Assembly: GCA_963629575.1 (NCBI GenBank)
Contig: CAVGIM010000003.1
Span: 6,770 to 70,769, forward strand
DNA length: 64,000 nt
Direction: 5' to 3'
Origin: Candidatus Methanomethylophilaceae archaeon
Lineage (GTDB): Bacteria > Fibrobacterota > Fibrobacteria > Fibrobacterales > Fibrobacteraceae
Part shown: positions 35,977 through 45,774 of the stretch, piece after piece
Position numbering within the stretch: position 1 is the stretch's first letter
How the letters are laid out: every line of letters starts with the position of its first letter
Translations under genes and position numbers: made by a program
Notes under the pieces: model-generated
The model's database searches: none
Told to the model about the DNA's origin: nothing
Seen by the model: only the letters and a program-made list of their open reading frames with translations

Positions 35977-38024
35977 TATTCCGCCTTTTTGAACTTGACC
36001 GTGAAAGTGGAACCCTTGCCGGGGTGGCTTTGCACGGAAACGTTCGCCTTGTGAGCTTCCGCTACGCGCTTGACGATGGCTAGCCCTAGACCGGAACCCT
36101 TGGTGCTGCGGGTCATTTCGTCGCCGACGCGGTAGAAGTCGTTAAAGATGTTCTTTTGTTCGGCAGAGGCGATGCCAATGCCGGTGTCCGCTACAGAAAA
36201 TACGATTTTTTCGTTTTCTTCGAAAACCCGGACGTGCACTTTTCCCGGGGGATTCGTGTATTTGATGGCGTTTTCCATTAGTCCCTGGGCCAGGCTGTAG
36301 AGCGCGGTGAAATCTCCCATGACGAAGCATCCGGGGGAAAGTTCCCTTGTCATTTCGAGCCCGCGGTTGTCCGCCTGGTCGAGAATCGCTTCGTAAACCC
36401 TTGACACGCATTCCGAAAGATCGAGGCGTTCCCATCGGAATGTCTGCTTGCCGGTTTCCATTCGCGTGTAGCTGAGGATGGCGCCTATCAGGTTTTCGAG
36501 GCGCGAGGATTCCTTGCCGATGAGCGTGGCGTATTCTGCGCACTTTTCGATTTTTTGAACGCGTCCGCCCGAAATCATTTCGGCAAACATCTTGATGGAC
36601 GTGAGAGGCGTCTTGAGTTCGTGGGAAATCGAGGAAAGGAAGTTTGTCTTCATCGAGATGAGCTTCCGCTCCTGGGAAATCGTCTTGAAGATGAAGAAGG
36701 AACCGAGGATGACGGTGAGCAGGGAGAATGCGACGAGGCCGGAAAGCTGGAACATCTTGTGCCTCGCTTCGCTATAAAGTTCCTGGGAGGAACGCCTGTA
36801 CAGGGTGAGCGTCCACCCCAGGCTTTCGCCGAGGTCCATCTGTCTGGAAATCTGGACTTCGGAATCCTGTCGCTTGCCTAGGATTACGGAATCGCGGTCA
36901 TCGGAAACGGAGTAAACGACGTCCTTCCATTCGCGGGCCGTTTCGGCTAGCTTCTTGCGGATGCGTTCGCCGTAGGCGTCCCGGTCGATGAGGCCGATAA
37001 CGACCTGGTCTCCGGAAAGCCACGGGTAGGCCATGCGGAAGAAAGTGGTCTGGCCGTCCTGCTTGTAAAGAAGCCCTTCCTTTGTCGGGAGATGATCTCC
37101 GGCGAGGTGCATGAGAAAATCCCGATGCGAGGCGAACGCTTCCGCGTGTTCGATCTGCCTGTTCAGGTTCTCGCGCAGGTTCCAGAACGCGTCCCGCTTT
37201 TCCTTGGAAAGTTCCTCGAACGAGAGAATCTGGCTAATGGCGTTCTCGAAAAAGAACTTGGCGCTTCCGATGTCCTGCAGGACTTCGCCTTCCAGAAATT
37301 CGGAAAAGAGGAAAAGGCAGTAGTTTTCGGCCGCGGAATGCTTTTTCTGTTCCACGAAGATCTCGAACTTGAGCAGAAAGAGCGATTTGGAAAGGTCGCT
37401 TTGCAGGTATCCGTGGGCTTCGGGATGTCGTTCGAGAATGTCGATGATGTGGAGCGCTTCTTCGTAATTCTTTTGGCGATAGCGCAATCGGAGAATCCCT
37501 ATCAGGTTCAGGACGTTGTCCTTCCTGGACAGGTAGGGCGTGCGCAAGAGAAGCGCCGAACGGGCAAAGTCTATCTTGTCGGGATTCAATCCCGCAAATT
37601 CTCCGCGGAGAAGCTTTTTTTCGATCTCGCCGGGAACCGTGGTCGGCGGATCGGGCCAGGCCGGGTGGCTCGAAATGGAAATGCTCGGATAGACAAGCCT
37701 GTTCTCGTTGAAGAGAAAGATGGCGGCGATGCCAGGCACTTTCTTGAAGGAAACCGCGTTTCCGAATTCGAGGATCTTTTGCGGCTGTTCGTAAAGGAAG
37801 AGCGAGGCGTTCCGGGTCTCCTTCAGAATTTCCTGCTGTTCCTTTTGAACGGCCAGGACTGCCTGCTTCGAAAAGGAAGCCTGGGCGTCTTCGAAATTTT
37901 TTTCGGCAAGGAGACGCTCGTTCTGGACGTTCCGGAAACTGAGAACGGCGAGTATCGCTGTCGGAATGATGATCCCGCCGAAAAAAAGCGCAACGAAAAT
38001 GCGGTTGTTCTTCGGAAGTTTCAC
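35976..38024 (-). CDS. Membrane sensor histidine kinase
   Basis: Two TM segments, SHELKTPL H-box, ENAIKY, DTGIG, GSGLGL, GKGSTF. Confidence 0.95.
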   Translation of the reverse strand: MKLPKNNRIFVALFFGGIIIPTAILAVLSFRNVQNERLLAEKNFEDAQASFSKQAVLAVQKEQQEILKETRNASLFLYEQPQKILEFGNAVSFKKVPGIAAIFLFNENRLVYPSISISSHPAWPDPPTTVPGEIEKKLLRGEFAGLNPDKIDFARSALLLRTPYLSRKDNVLNLIGILRLRYRQKNYEEALHIIDILERHPEAHGYLQSDLSKSLFLLKFEIFVEQKKHSAAENYCLFLFSEFLEGEVLQDIGSAKFFFENAISQILSFEELSKEKRDAFWNLRENLNRQIEHAEAFASHRDFLMHLAGDHLPTKEGLLYKQDGQTTFFRMAYPWLSGDQVVIGLIDRDAYGERIRKKLAETAREWKDVVYSVSDDRDSVILGKRQDSEVQISRQMDLGESLGWTLTLYRRSSQELYSEARHKMFQLSGLVAFSLLTVILGSFFIFKTISQERKLISMKTNFLSSISHELKTPLTSIKMFAEMISGGRVQKIEKCAEYATLIGKESSRLENLIGAILSYTRMETGKQTFRWERLDLSECVSRVYEAILDQADNRGLEMTRELSPGCFVMGDFTALYSLAQGLMENAIKYTNPPGKVHVRVFEENEKIVFSVADTGIGIASAEQKNIFNDFYRVGDEMTRSTKGSGLGLAIVKRVAEAHKANVSVQSHPGKGSTFTVKFKKAE

Positions 38025-38037
38025 GGTTCGCCCCGAA

Positions 38038-38202
38038 TCAGTAGAGAAGTCGAACCAGGGTAGAGAGCCGTTCCTGCCCGATGACTACCGCCGCCCGATC
38101 CACCGCTTTCGGACTTGCGACGAGGACGACGCTTGTCGCAAGAAGAATTGCGATGCTTGTCGCTAGCAGGTAGAAGCCGACGATAGCTAGCCGCGGTTTC
38201 AT
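38038..38202 (-). CDS. Small membrane protein (54 aa; absent from the ORF track)
   Basis: MKPRLAIVGFYLLATSIAILLATSVVLVASPKAVDRAAVVIGQERLSTLVRLLY; ATGA overlap with the LysM stop; fills the gap before the kinase. Confidence 0.65.
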   Translation of the reverse strand: MKPRLAIVGFYLLATSIAILLATSVVLVASPKAVDRAAVVIGQERLSTLVRLLY

Positions 38203-39365
38203 GGGGCGAGTTTTGCCTTGTGCGTAATCGAGACCAGGTTGCCGTATTGGATACGTCTGTCTCCGTAGTAGGCTTCGCGAACGAGAATTACGGAATGGGC
38301 GTCGTTCAGGCTGGTGACGATGCCGCGTGCGAGAAGGCGCGGAGGAATCAGGGAATCCGAAAGATCCTTTTCCCAGATGGCGACTCCGTCGCCTAGGCTG
38401 TAGTGGTCGTCTTTTCCGCGGTCGATCATGACGTAGCCATAGGGACCGATGGCGAGATTCTTTTCGAGCGCATACCGGACGGTTGCCATGCTGTCTATCG
38501 AAGCGGACTTGACTTCGCTGTAGCTTTCTACGTTGATAGGCTTAAACGGCTTTTGCAGCCGGGCCTTTGCGTATTCGATTTTAATTTCGCGCATGTTCTG
38601 GAGGAGTACGGCACGGGAAAGCGTATCGCCGACATCGGTTATTTTCGCTAGTCCCGAGTAGCGGAGGACGGCGATCTTTTCCTTGTCGCGGATCTTTGTT
38701 TCGGGGAGCGTTGCGGGTCTTGCGTCCCAGATTTCGACGATGGCTCCGACGGTTGCCCTAGGCGACGTGTTCATGCCGATTCCGAGAACCAATTCCGTTT
38801 CGGGAATGTGGACGAGAGGCTTCCTTTTTTCGCCGGAATTGACGGTGAACCAGGACGAGTCCGACTTGAGGCTGTCCGGAGAGAGGAGCATCGGCGAAAG
38901 AACCTGGTAGTATCCGTTGAAAATCTTTGGCTCGGAGCGTTGCGCGTAATAGTAGGAAACGCCTTTTGGCCTTGCGGGCTTTTCCTTCTTGTCCGCATCG
39001 GCGGAGAGGCTTCCGAGCATCTTGGCAAAGTGATCGTCCTGGTTTGCTGTCGCGCACCCGCTTGGAGCGGAAACGCCCTTCGGCAGCGAGGAATCGCTTG
39101 CGGAGGTCGCGCACGGAATGGGCGTCGGCTGCTTTTTCGCCTTGGAACTGCCGGGAGCTTCTCCCAGGTAGATGGAATCGCCCGGGTAAATCCAGTGCGG
39201 ATCCTGGATGTGCCTGTTGTTTTCCCACAGGTCCGGCCATGCAAAGGGATTGTTCAGGTATTCGCCGGAAATGTCCCAGAGGGTGTCTCCCTGCTTGACG
39301 AAATAGGCGCTTGCCGCGATGACGACAAGTCCGAGAGCGATGGAAATGCTTTGAATGTGCCTCAT
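38199..39365 (-). CDS. LysM peptidoglycan-binding domain protein
   Basis: Signal peptide followed by YFVKQGDTLWDIS...WENNRHIQDPHWIYPGD. Confidence 0.9.
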   Translation of the reverse strand: MRHIQSISIALGLVVIAASAYFVKQGDTLWDISGEYLNNPFAWPDLWENNRHIQDPHWIYPGDSIYLGEAPGSSKAKKQPTPIPCATSASDSSLPKGVSAPSGCATANQDDHFAKMLGSLSADADKKEKPARPKGVSYYYAQRSEPKIFNGYYQVLSPMLLSPDSLKSDSSWFTVNSGEKRKPLVHIPETELVLGIGMNTSPRATVGAIVEIWDARPATLPETKIRDKEKIAVLRYSGLAKITDVGDTLSRAVLLQNMREIKIEYAKARLQKPFKPINVESYSEVKSASIDSMATVRYALEKNLAIGPYGYVMIDRGKDDHYSLGDGVAIWEKDLSDSLIPPRLLARGIVTSLNDAHSVILVREAYYGDRRIQYGNLVSITHKAKLAP

Positions 39366-39400
39366 ATTATCAATTTAATCTTTTTTTGAACTCGAAATTT

Positions 39401-40654
39401 TTAGCGTCTGCGTTTTTGGCTAAAAAGAATTGTCCCCGTTTGCGAATTGCTTTCCGTTTCCTGGTTTTCGCGTTTCCGGATGACTTTTCCCTTGCGAACC
39501 TCGTGGCGCCCGAGAAGCCCGGCGCGGTCCGGGACAAAGAAAAATAGCGCGTGGATGCGCGGGTTGCCCGGTTCGAGGTCCATTGGCACGATCTTTCGAA
39601 GCATGTAGCCTTCGCGGCGAAAGCGCTTGATTTCCTGCGCGGCGACGGCGAGGTTCGAAGAGTTCAGGAGGATGCGTTCGGGTTGGCTTCTCGCGATTTC
39701 CGGGATGACGTTTCCGGCCAGGGCTTTTCCGGCGGGCGGATCGAGATAGATGGTCCATTTGCCGTCCTTGGACTTTCCGCGGAAAAATTTCGGGAAGAAT
39801 TCCTTGTCGATTGCCGCATGGAGATAGCGGACATTCGGTGTCTGGCGTTCCATGTCGCGGATATCGGCGGCAAAGCAGTCTTCGAAGTCTTTGGAAAGAG
39901 ACTCGGCGATGTAGGCGGGACCCGCGAAGCATTCGAGGAAACGGTCGTCCTTTGCCGGGTGAATCATTGCGCGGATACGCTTCGGAAGACCGATCCAGGG
40001 AGCCTTGCAGGCCGGAGCCCAGTCGATGACGCTGTATTTCTGGTCGGTGCCTCCGATTGGAATGAACCGGTTTCCGAATCCCTTGCGAAATTCGATGCGG
40101 GAACCTGGAACGGGATGTGCCGGGTCGAAGGTCTGCACCGGACTGACCTGAATCTGGTGGCAGCAGAGAACGTCGCCCGAATGCTCGCGTTCGAGATAGT
40201 CGAGGAATGTCTTGAATTCCCGGGTCGCTTCTGCGGAATGCAAGATGTTTTGCACGGCGATGCCGAAGCGGCCGTCTCCCGTGGCGCGAAACCAGATTTG
40301 GAGAATCGATCCGCGGAACTTGGAAAGATGCGGCTTTCGGATCTGGCTGTCGATGTCGAGTACTAGCTTTGGCGGCTTGGCTCCCTTGAAAGGGCTTTCG
40401 ATGGAGAGAACGCGGTTTCCCTTGGCCATGTGCTGCGAGAAAATGCGCCAGTCGCAGGCGTCTGCCTTGACGGGAACCGTAAACCAGCCCTGGATTTTTC
40501 CCGGTATCCGGTTTTCCTTCGCCCAGTTTTCGAAATAGGCGCGCTTTCCTTCCAGGTCGGTCGGAATCGTTTCGGGCGTTTTGGCGGCTTTTGGGGCCGA
40601 GGTAGCCTGTTTGGTGTTCCAGGTGCCGCGGTTCTTGAGGTTTCTTCTTTGCAT
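39401..40654 (-). CDS. RlmD/TrmA-like SAM-dependent methyltransferase homologue (degenerate)
   Basis: FLECFAG (motif I-like), YLDPP, QPERILLNSSN, IVPMDLEPG follow the layout of the m5U methyltransferase C-terminal domain. Confidence 0.55.
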   Translation of the reverse strand: MQRRNLKNRGTWNTKQATSAPKAAKTPETIPTDLEGKRAYFENWAKENRIPGKIQGWFTVPVKADACDWRIFSQHMAKGNRVLSIESPFKGAKPPKLVLDIDSQIRKPHLSKFRGSILQIWFRATGDGRFGIAVQNILHSAEATREFKTFLDYLEREHSGDVLCCHQIQVSPVQTFDPAHPVPGSRIEFRKGFGNRFIPIGGTDQKYSVIDWAPACKAPWIGLPKRIRAMIHPAKDDRFLECFAGPAYIAESLSKDFEDCFAADIRDMERQTPNVRYLHAAIDKEFFPKFFRGKSKDGKWTIYLDPPAGKALAGNVIPEIARSQPERILLNSSNLAVAAQEIKRFRREGYMLRKIVPMDLEPGNPRIHALFFFVPDRAGLLGRHEVRKGKVIRKRENQETESNSQTGTILFSQKRRR

Positions 40655-40662
40655 AGTTCCAG

Positions 40663-42387
40663 CTAGACGATAAAGCGCGGATAGTGCCAGGTGCAGTCTT
40701 TCGCGGGTTGCGGGGCGAAGTTTCTGAATTCCCCGCGAAGGCTGAACATATCGGGAGAGCCGCTTATCGGTGAAAGGGTGATTCGGGAGTCCGCATGGGT
40801 TTCGAGTTCCGGATATTCATCGGGGTTTGTCGCCGCGATGACGGCGGAACCGGTGAGAGATATCAGCACATCGACCATCTGGAGCAGGGCTTTTCCCGGA
40901 GGAATGTTGTTTCGGACCGCTTTCGGGTTGTGGAGAACGGCGGATATCGGATCGATGACTATCGCCGCGTAGTCGTGATCTTCCAGCTTCTTGGCGCCTT
41001 TGACCCTCTTGGCGATATACTGGGCCATTTCGAGGGGAGAGAGGGCGATTCCGCGCAAGTTCAGGAACCCGAATTCGGGAATGGAAGCGGAAAGCCCGCG
41101 GGAAGCGGCGACGGCGAACAGCCGGTTGAGAAAGGCGGAACGGGTGCTTTCGAAATTGACATAAAGTACGGCGGACCTGTGCGTCGAAGAGAAGAGCCAG
41201 TCCTCGCCATGGGCGAGCGAAAAGGCGAGATCCATCAGGGCAAAGGACTTGCCGGACTTTGGCGGTGCGGTGAGCAGCAGGAATTCTCCCGTTTCGAGCG
41301 TATCGTCTATCAGGAGTCTGTCCTTTTTCGGTGCATCGTCGCTGTCGCTTGCCAGTTCGACGAGAGGCTTTCCGTCCAGGCAGTATTCGACCCAGGTCTG
41401 CCAATCTTCGAAAGACTTCGCGCCTTGCTCAAGGCCTATCAGGTATTGCTGCTTTCCGTTGCGGAGAACTCCCGGCATCCGAACCATCTGTCCCGGGTTC
41501 GCGTTTGTCGAATCGACCTTGAAACCCTGGGAATCCAGCGTCTTGAAGAGATATTCGACTCGAGAATCGTATTCTTCGCGGTTTTTCGCGTGAATCTTGA
41601 TCCAGGCCTGCACGGAATTCGCTCCGGTGCTGACGAGCGCCGCGCAGGGAAGGTTTAGCGCCTTGTAGTAGGCGAGCTGCTTTGCCAGGCTGAAATTCGG
41701 GTTATCGACGACCGCATAGCGGAAACGGAACGATTCGTCGCTTTCGTCCGCGCTCTTTATCGGGTTGATTCCGACGAGCGCGCCATCCGGGCCGTCAAGG
41801 GATTTCATCGTTTTCTTGATGCTATCCGCCTGTCCTAGAATCTCTTCCACCGATTGGACCGTCGCCTCGGACGTGTTGGATTTCTTGTATTCGATGGATT
41901 CTTCCGGCTTGAAAAGAGCACCGAGAAGCTTGGCAAAGTCCAACCGCCAGTCCGGGGTTGGCCATGGGATGCTGAGCGCTTCCGGGTCTATCCGATGGTT
42001 TTGCAAGAGTTCGAGAGCCTGGGCGTCTAGGCCCATCGCGAGAACCTGTTCCAGGGAAATGGCTCCCGAAATGATCGGCTGGACGGGAGCGTTGAAGGAA
42101 CTTGCCTGTGGCGCGGGCTGCTGGGCTGCCGTGTCTTCTTTTCGAGGAGGCGTTTCCCGCTTGCGTTCGCGTTTTTCGGCGGCGAAAGCTCTTCGGATGA
42201 TGGTGTCGGCATCTTCTTCGGAGAGACCTTCGTCCTTTGCGTGTTCTCCAAGCTGGAATGTCGCTTCCATGTAAGTCATGCCGCTTTTTTCCGCGGCTTC
42301 GGCAGCACGGAAAAGTTCGCCCTTGAGATCTTCGGGCTTGTGCCTGTTGCTTAGAAACAGATTGATGATTTGGCGCGGACTGTCCAT
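40663..42387 (-). CDS. Primase-like domain plus AAA_25/RepA-type helicase fusion
   Basis: LPCAALVSTG...NPGQMVRMPG (phage/plasmid AEP-like domain); Walker A TAPPKSGKS, VLYVNFE, Walker B IVIDP. Confidence 0.75.
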   Translation of the reverse strand: MDSPRQIINLFLSNRHKPEDLKGELFRAAEAAEKSGMTYMEATFQLGEHAKDEGLSEEDADTIIRRAFAAEKRERKRETPPRKEDTAAQQPAPQASSFNAPVQPIISGAISLEQVLAMGLDAQALELLQNHRIDPEALSIPWPTPDWRLDFAKLLGALFKPEESIEYKKSNTSEATVQSVEEILGQADSIKKTMKSLDGPDGALVGINPIKSADESDESFRFRYAVVDNPNFSLAKQLAYYKALNLPCAALVSTGANSVQAWIKIHAKNREEYDSRVEYLFKTLDSQGFKVDSTNANPGQMVRMPGVLRNGKQQYLIGLEQGAKSFEDWQTWVEYCLDGKPLVELASDSDDAPKKDRLLIDDTLETGEFLLLTAPPKSGKSFALMDLAFSLAHGEDWLFSSTHRSAVLYVNFESTRSAFLNRLFAVAASRGLSASIPEFGFLNLRGIALSPLEMAQYIAKRVKGAKKLEDHDYAAIVIDPISAVLHNPKAVRNNIPPGKALLQMVDVLISLTGSAVIAATNPDEYPELETHADSRITLSPISGSPDMFSLRGEFRNFAPQPAKDCTWHYPRFIV

Positions 42388-42437
42388 ATGGGAAGAAATA
42401 TAATTTTATTCGGCATCGTCAAGAGTTCTTGTAGGAT

Positions 42438-43802
42438 TCAGCGCGTCACATTGCGAATCCAGCGCTTTCGCTCGACACGCCATGCGAGGATGGGAACCTT
42501 GACCAGTTCGTCGGAACGAAGCATCAGGAAGACGAGCGGAAAGGAAAGCTCCCACGTGAAACCGGCCAGGTATCCAAGCGGAATGGAAAAGAGCCAAAGA
42601 CTGCCGATATCGAGAAGGGATGTAAAGACGGTATCGCCGCCTGCCCGGAGAATGCCGATGATCGAGGGCGACGTGTAGGAGTGCAGAACGATGATTCCGC
42701 ATTGGATGCAGACAAATGTCCTTGCGAGCTGGAGGGTTTCTTCCGGAATTGCGTAGAGGGCGAGAACCGAATCCTTGCAGAGAAAGAGAATGGTCGCCGC
42801 GACGATTCCGACCAGGATCCCGGCGAGGAGAAGCGAGTTCGCGTAGCGCTTCGCGTCGTCCAGGTGTCCGCCGCCGAGCCTGTTTCCGATGATGGGCGCG
42901 GATGCGCCGGCAACACCGAAGATAAAGACCAGGGCGACCTGCTGGAGAGTTCCCACGATGCTTGCCGCGGCGACGATTGTCGCGTTCAGATGCCCGAGGA
43001 CCACGGATTGGGCGGCAACTCCGACGGACCAGCCCGTTTCGTTGATGACGACCGGGATGCTGTAGCGGAGAAAGTCCTTGAAGAGGGGAATGTCAAGATG
43101 GAAGAGTCGCTTGAAGCGAAAATGCAGGTGCCTTTCCATGAAGCGCACGTAGAAAATCATCGCTAGGCATTCGATCGTTCTCGCGATAAGCGTGGCGATT
43201 GCCGCTCCGCGTACTCCCAGGGCGGGAAATCCCAGGTTCCCGAAAATCAGAAGCCAGTTGAGGACGATGTTCAGGACGAAAGCGCCCGACGTGATGAACA
43301 GGCTGGCCTTGACTTCGCGCGTGCTGCGCATCAGCATGACGAGCGTGTTGCTGAATCCGAAGAAAAAATAGGTGAACCCCTGGATTTTCAGGTATTCCGT
43401 GCCGATTTCGACAAGTTCGGGGACATTCGTGAAAATTCGCATGACCTCGCGCGGAAAGACCGTCGTGACGAATCCGAACAGAAAGGAAACGAGAGTCCCC
43501 ATGCAGAGCGTAATGGACACGATTTTCTGGATGCTTTCCGAATCGCGCTTTCCATAGTATTGCGCGACGAGAATCCCGCCGCCGCTTGCCGTTCCGAAGG
43601 AAATCAGCGAAAAGACGAAAAAAGGCTGACCGGCGAGCGTCACTGCGCCGAGGGCTGCTTCCGAAATGCTTCCGACCATGATGTTGTCGGCGAGCGAAAG
43701 GGAAAACTTTACCAGGTCCTGCAAGGCGATAGGAAGCGCCAGCCCGACGAGAACCTTGAAAAAGTGCGGTTCCAGGATGAACTTTTCGGAAAGCTTCATC
43801 AC
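42438..43802 (-). CDS. MATE family efflux transporter
   Basis: LALPIALQ, DNIMVG, AQYYG, GFPALGVRGAAIAT, GILRAGGD; about 12 TM segments. Confidence 0.93.
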   Translation of the reverse strand: MMKLSEKFILEPHFFKVLVGLALPIALQDLVKFSLSLADNIMVGSISEAALGAVTLAGQPFFVFSLISFGTASGGGILVAQYYGKRDSESIQKIVSITLCMGTLVSFLFGFVTTVFPREVMRIFTNVPELVEIGTEYLKIQGFTYFFFGFSNTLVMLMRSTREVKASLFITSGAFVLNIVLNWLLIFGNLGFPALGVRGAAIATLIARTIECLAMIFYVRFMERHLHFRFKRLFHLDIPLFKDFLRYSIPVVINETGWSVGVAAQSVVLGHLNATIVAAASIVGTLQQVALVFIFGVAGASAPIIGNRLGGGHLDDAKRYANSLLLAGILVGIVAATILFLCKDSVLALYAIPEETLQLARTFVCIQCGIIVLHSYTSPSIIGILRAGGDTVFTSLLDIGSLWLFSIPLGYLAGFTWELSFPLVFLMLRSDELVKVPILAWRVERKRWIRNVTR

Positions 43803-45550
43803 GCTTTCGCGGGAACAATCTCTTCGCCGGAATAGTTGAGAATCTTGTAGGCGTAACCCTGTTCGGTGAGGAACAGTTGCCGGTTCATCGCGAATTCCTG
43901 TTCCTTGGAATCCTTGGTCACTAGCGAGAAGAAGTGCGCCGGGCGGCCGTCTTCCTTGGGACGCAGGACGCGGCCGAGTCGCTGGGCTTCTTCCTGCCGG
44001 CTTCCGAAGGTTCCCGAAATCTGGATGAGAATGCTTGCGTCGGGAAGGTCTATCGCGAAGTTTCCCACTTTGGAAATCATGAGATTGCGGAGCGTTCCCT
44101 TGCGGAAGTCTCCGTAGAGCCTGTCCCGTTCCTTGTTCGGCGTCTTTCCCGTGATCAGCGGGATTTCGAGCTTTTCGGACAGCTTTTGCAACTGGTCGAT
44201 GTATTGCCCGATAATCAGGATGCGGTCTTCCGGTTCGTCGTGGATTTCGATAAGCTTCCTTACGACGTCGTCCTTCTGCGGGTTTGTGCTCGCTATCGTA
44301 ATCTTGTCGCGCGTCTGGGCGAGAGCGTATTGCATTTTCTGCTCGGCGGTCATCGTGACGCGGATTTCGCTACAGTCGGCGGTGGCTATCCAGCCCTGCG
44401 ATTCGAGAATTTTCCAGGGAAGATCGAACTTTTTCGGGCCGATGAGAGAGAAAACTTCGGTTTCCTTGCCGTCTTCGCGGACAAGCGTCGCGGTAAGGCC
44501 TAGCCGGCGCGTAGCCTGCATCTCGGCGCTGAAACGAAAAACCGGAGCGGGCAGAAGATGAACCTCGTCGTAGATCATCAGTCCCCACTTGTGTTCGCTG
44601 AACAGGGGAAAGTTCACGAGAGGCTTGTCGTTCGAATCGTCCTTTTTTTCTTCCTCGGCGGTATCGCCTTTCCTTGCGCGCTTTCTCTGGGTCAAGATCT
44701 GGTATGTCGCGACGGTGACGGGACCGATTTCCTTGACATCGCCCGAGTATTCCTTTACCTGGTCCGCGGTGAGAGTCGTCTTGTCGAGAAGCTCGCGAAT
44801 CCATTGCCTTGCCGCGGAAATGTTCGGGGTGAGGATGAGGGTGCGGGTCTTCATCAGGGCCATTGTCGCCATGCCGATGAGCGTCTTGCCCGAACCGCAG
44901 GGAAGGACGATGACGCCCGATCCGCCTTTTTCGGAACCGGAGGCGTAAAAGATTTGCGAAGCGTCTTTCTGGTAGCTGCGGAGTTCGAGCTTCTTTCCGC
45001 CGAGCGTTTCCTTGCGAAGTTCAATCGGAAGCGGGTCCCCGGAGACGTAGCCCGCGATATCCTCGACGGGAAATCCGTTCAGCGTGAGAGTCATCTTGAG
45101 AATGCCGCGCTTGTTCGGATCGACGATCGCTTCCTTGTCGCCTTCGAATCGTAGCAGGCAGCTTGCGACGTTTGGCAGCTTGCAGACTTCCTTGAAGAGC
45201 GCGGCGTCGGTCGATTCCAGGCAGAGTCCCCGGTCGTTCTTGACAAGCTTGAGCATTCCGTAGCGGCTCATGTATTCATGGATTTCCGTCGCGACGGTTT
45301 CCGGTACGGGATACTTTCCCTGGTCTTCGAGACAGCGGACGACATCGTCGGCGGTGAGGCCTGTCGATGCGGCATTCCAGAGGGAAAGATGCGAAATGCG
45401 GTATGTGTGCAAGTGCTCCGGGCTCTTGACCAGTTCGGTGAACGGAGCGATTGCGTCTCGGGCCTCGATGTAGTGCCTGTTGTGCACTTCGACGAGGATT
45501 TCCATATTGCTTTGAACGATGATTGCGCCTTCGGGATTCATAGGCGCCAT
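43799..45550 (-). CDS. XPB/Ssl2 (Rad25)-like DNA repair helicase
   Basis: KSPEHLHTYRI, VLPCGSGKT, DEVH, LGLTAT, GSRQEEAQRLGR. Confidence 0.93.
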   Translation of the reverse strand: MAPMNPEGAIIVQSNMEILVEVHNRHYIEARDAIAPFTELVKSPEHLHTYRISHLSLWNAASTGLTADDVVRCLEDQGKYPVPETVATEIHEYMSRYGMLKLVKNDRGLCLESTDAALFKEVCKLPNVASCLLRFEGDKEAIVDPNKRGILKMTLTLNGFPVEDIAGYVSGDPLPIELRKETLGGKKLELRSYQKDASQIFYASGSEKGGSGVIVLPCGSGKTLIGMATMALMKTRTLILTPNISAARQWIRELLDKTTLTADQVKEYSGDVKEIGPVTVATYQILTQRKRARKGDTAEEEKKDDSNDKPLVNFPLFSEHKWGLMIYDEVHLLPAPVFRFSAEMQATRRLGLTATLVREDGKETEVFSLIGPKKFDLPWKILESQGWIATADCSEIRVTMTAEQKMQYALAQTRDKITIASTNPQKDDVVRKLIEIHDEPEDRILIIGQYIDQLQKLSEKLEIPLITGKTPNKERDRLYGDFRKGTLRNLMISKVGNFAIDLPDASILIQISGTFGSRQEEAQRLGRVLRPKEDGRPAHFFSLVTKDSKEQEFAMNRQLFLTEQGYAYKILNYSGEEIVPAKA

Positions 45551-45591
45551 ATTTAAAAAATTATGGGAAACTTGGCGAAAGAAATCGAAAT

Positions 45592-45620
45592 AAAAAGACC
45601 GGATTCTTTCGAATCCGGTC
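45592..45620 (-). terminator. Terminator after tRNA-Thr
   Basis: GACCGGATTC-GAAA-GAATCCGGTC-TTTTT on the minus strand. Confidence 0.85.
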
Positions 45621-45624
45621 AAAG

Positions 45625-45697
45625 AGCCACCCAACAGATTTGAACTGTCGACCTGCTGATTACGAATCAGCTGCTCTACCAGCTGAGCTAGAGTGGC
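45625..45697 (-). tRNA. tRNA-Thr(CGT)
   Basis: GCCACTCTAGCTCAGCTGGTAGAGCAGCTGATTCGTAATCAGCAGGTCGACAGTTCAAATCTGTTGGGTGGCT; cloverleaf; CCA not encoded. Confidence 0.95.
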
Positions 45698-45774
45698 ATC
45701 GCAAGACCAAATGTAGCAAATATTTTGAAAAATTTCTATATTGGAGCTAAAATTTTTTTCAAGGATCCAAAAAT

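Noticed and set aside
25645..45697. Prophage or integrative element suggested by the primase-helicase genes and tRNA-Thr
   Set aside because: No integrase, structural genes or duplicated tRNA 3' end were seen, and the intervening genes are housekeeping.
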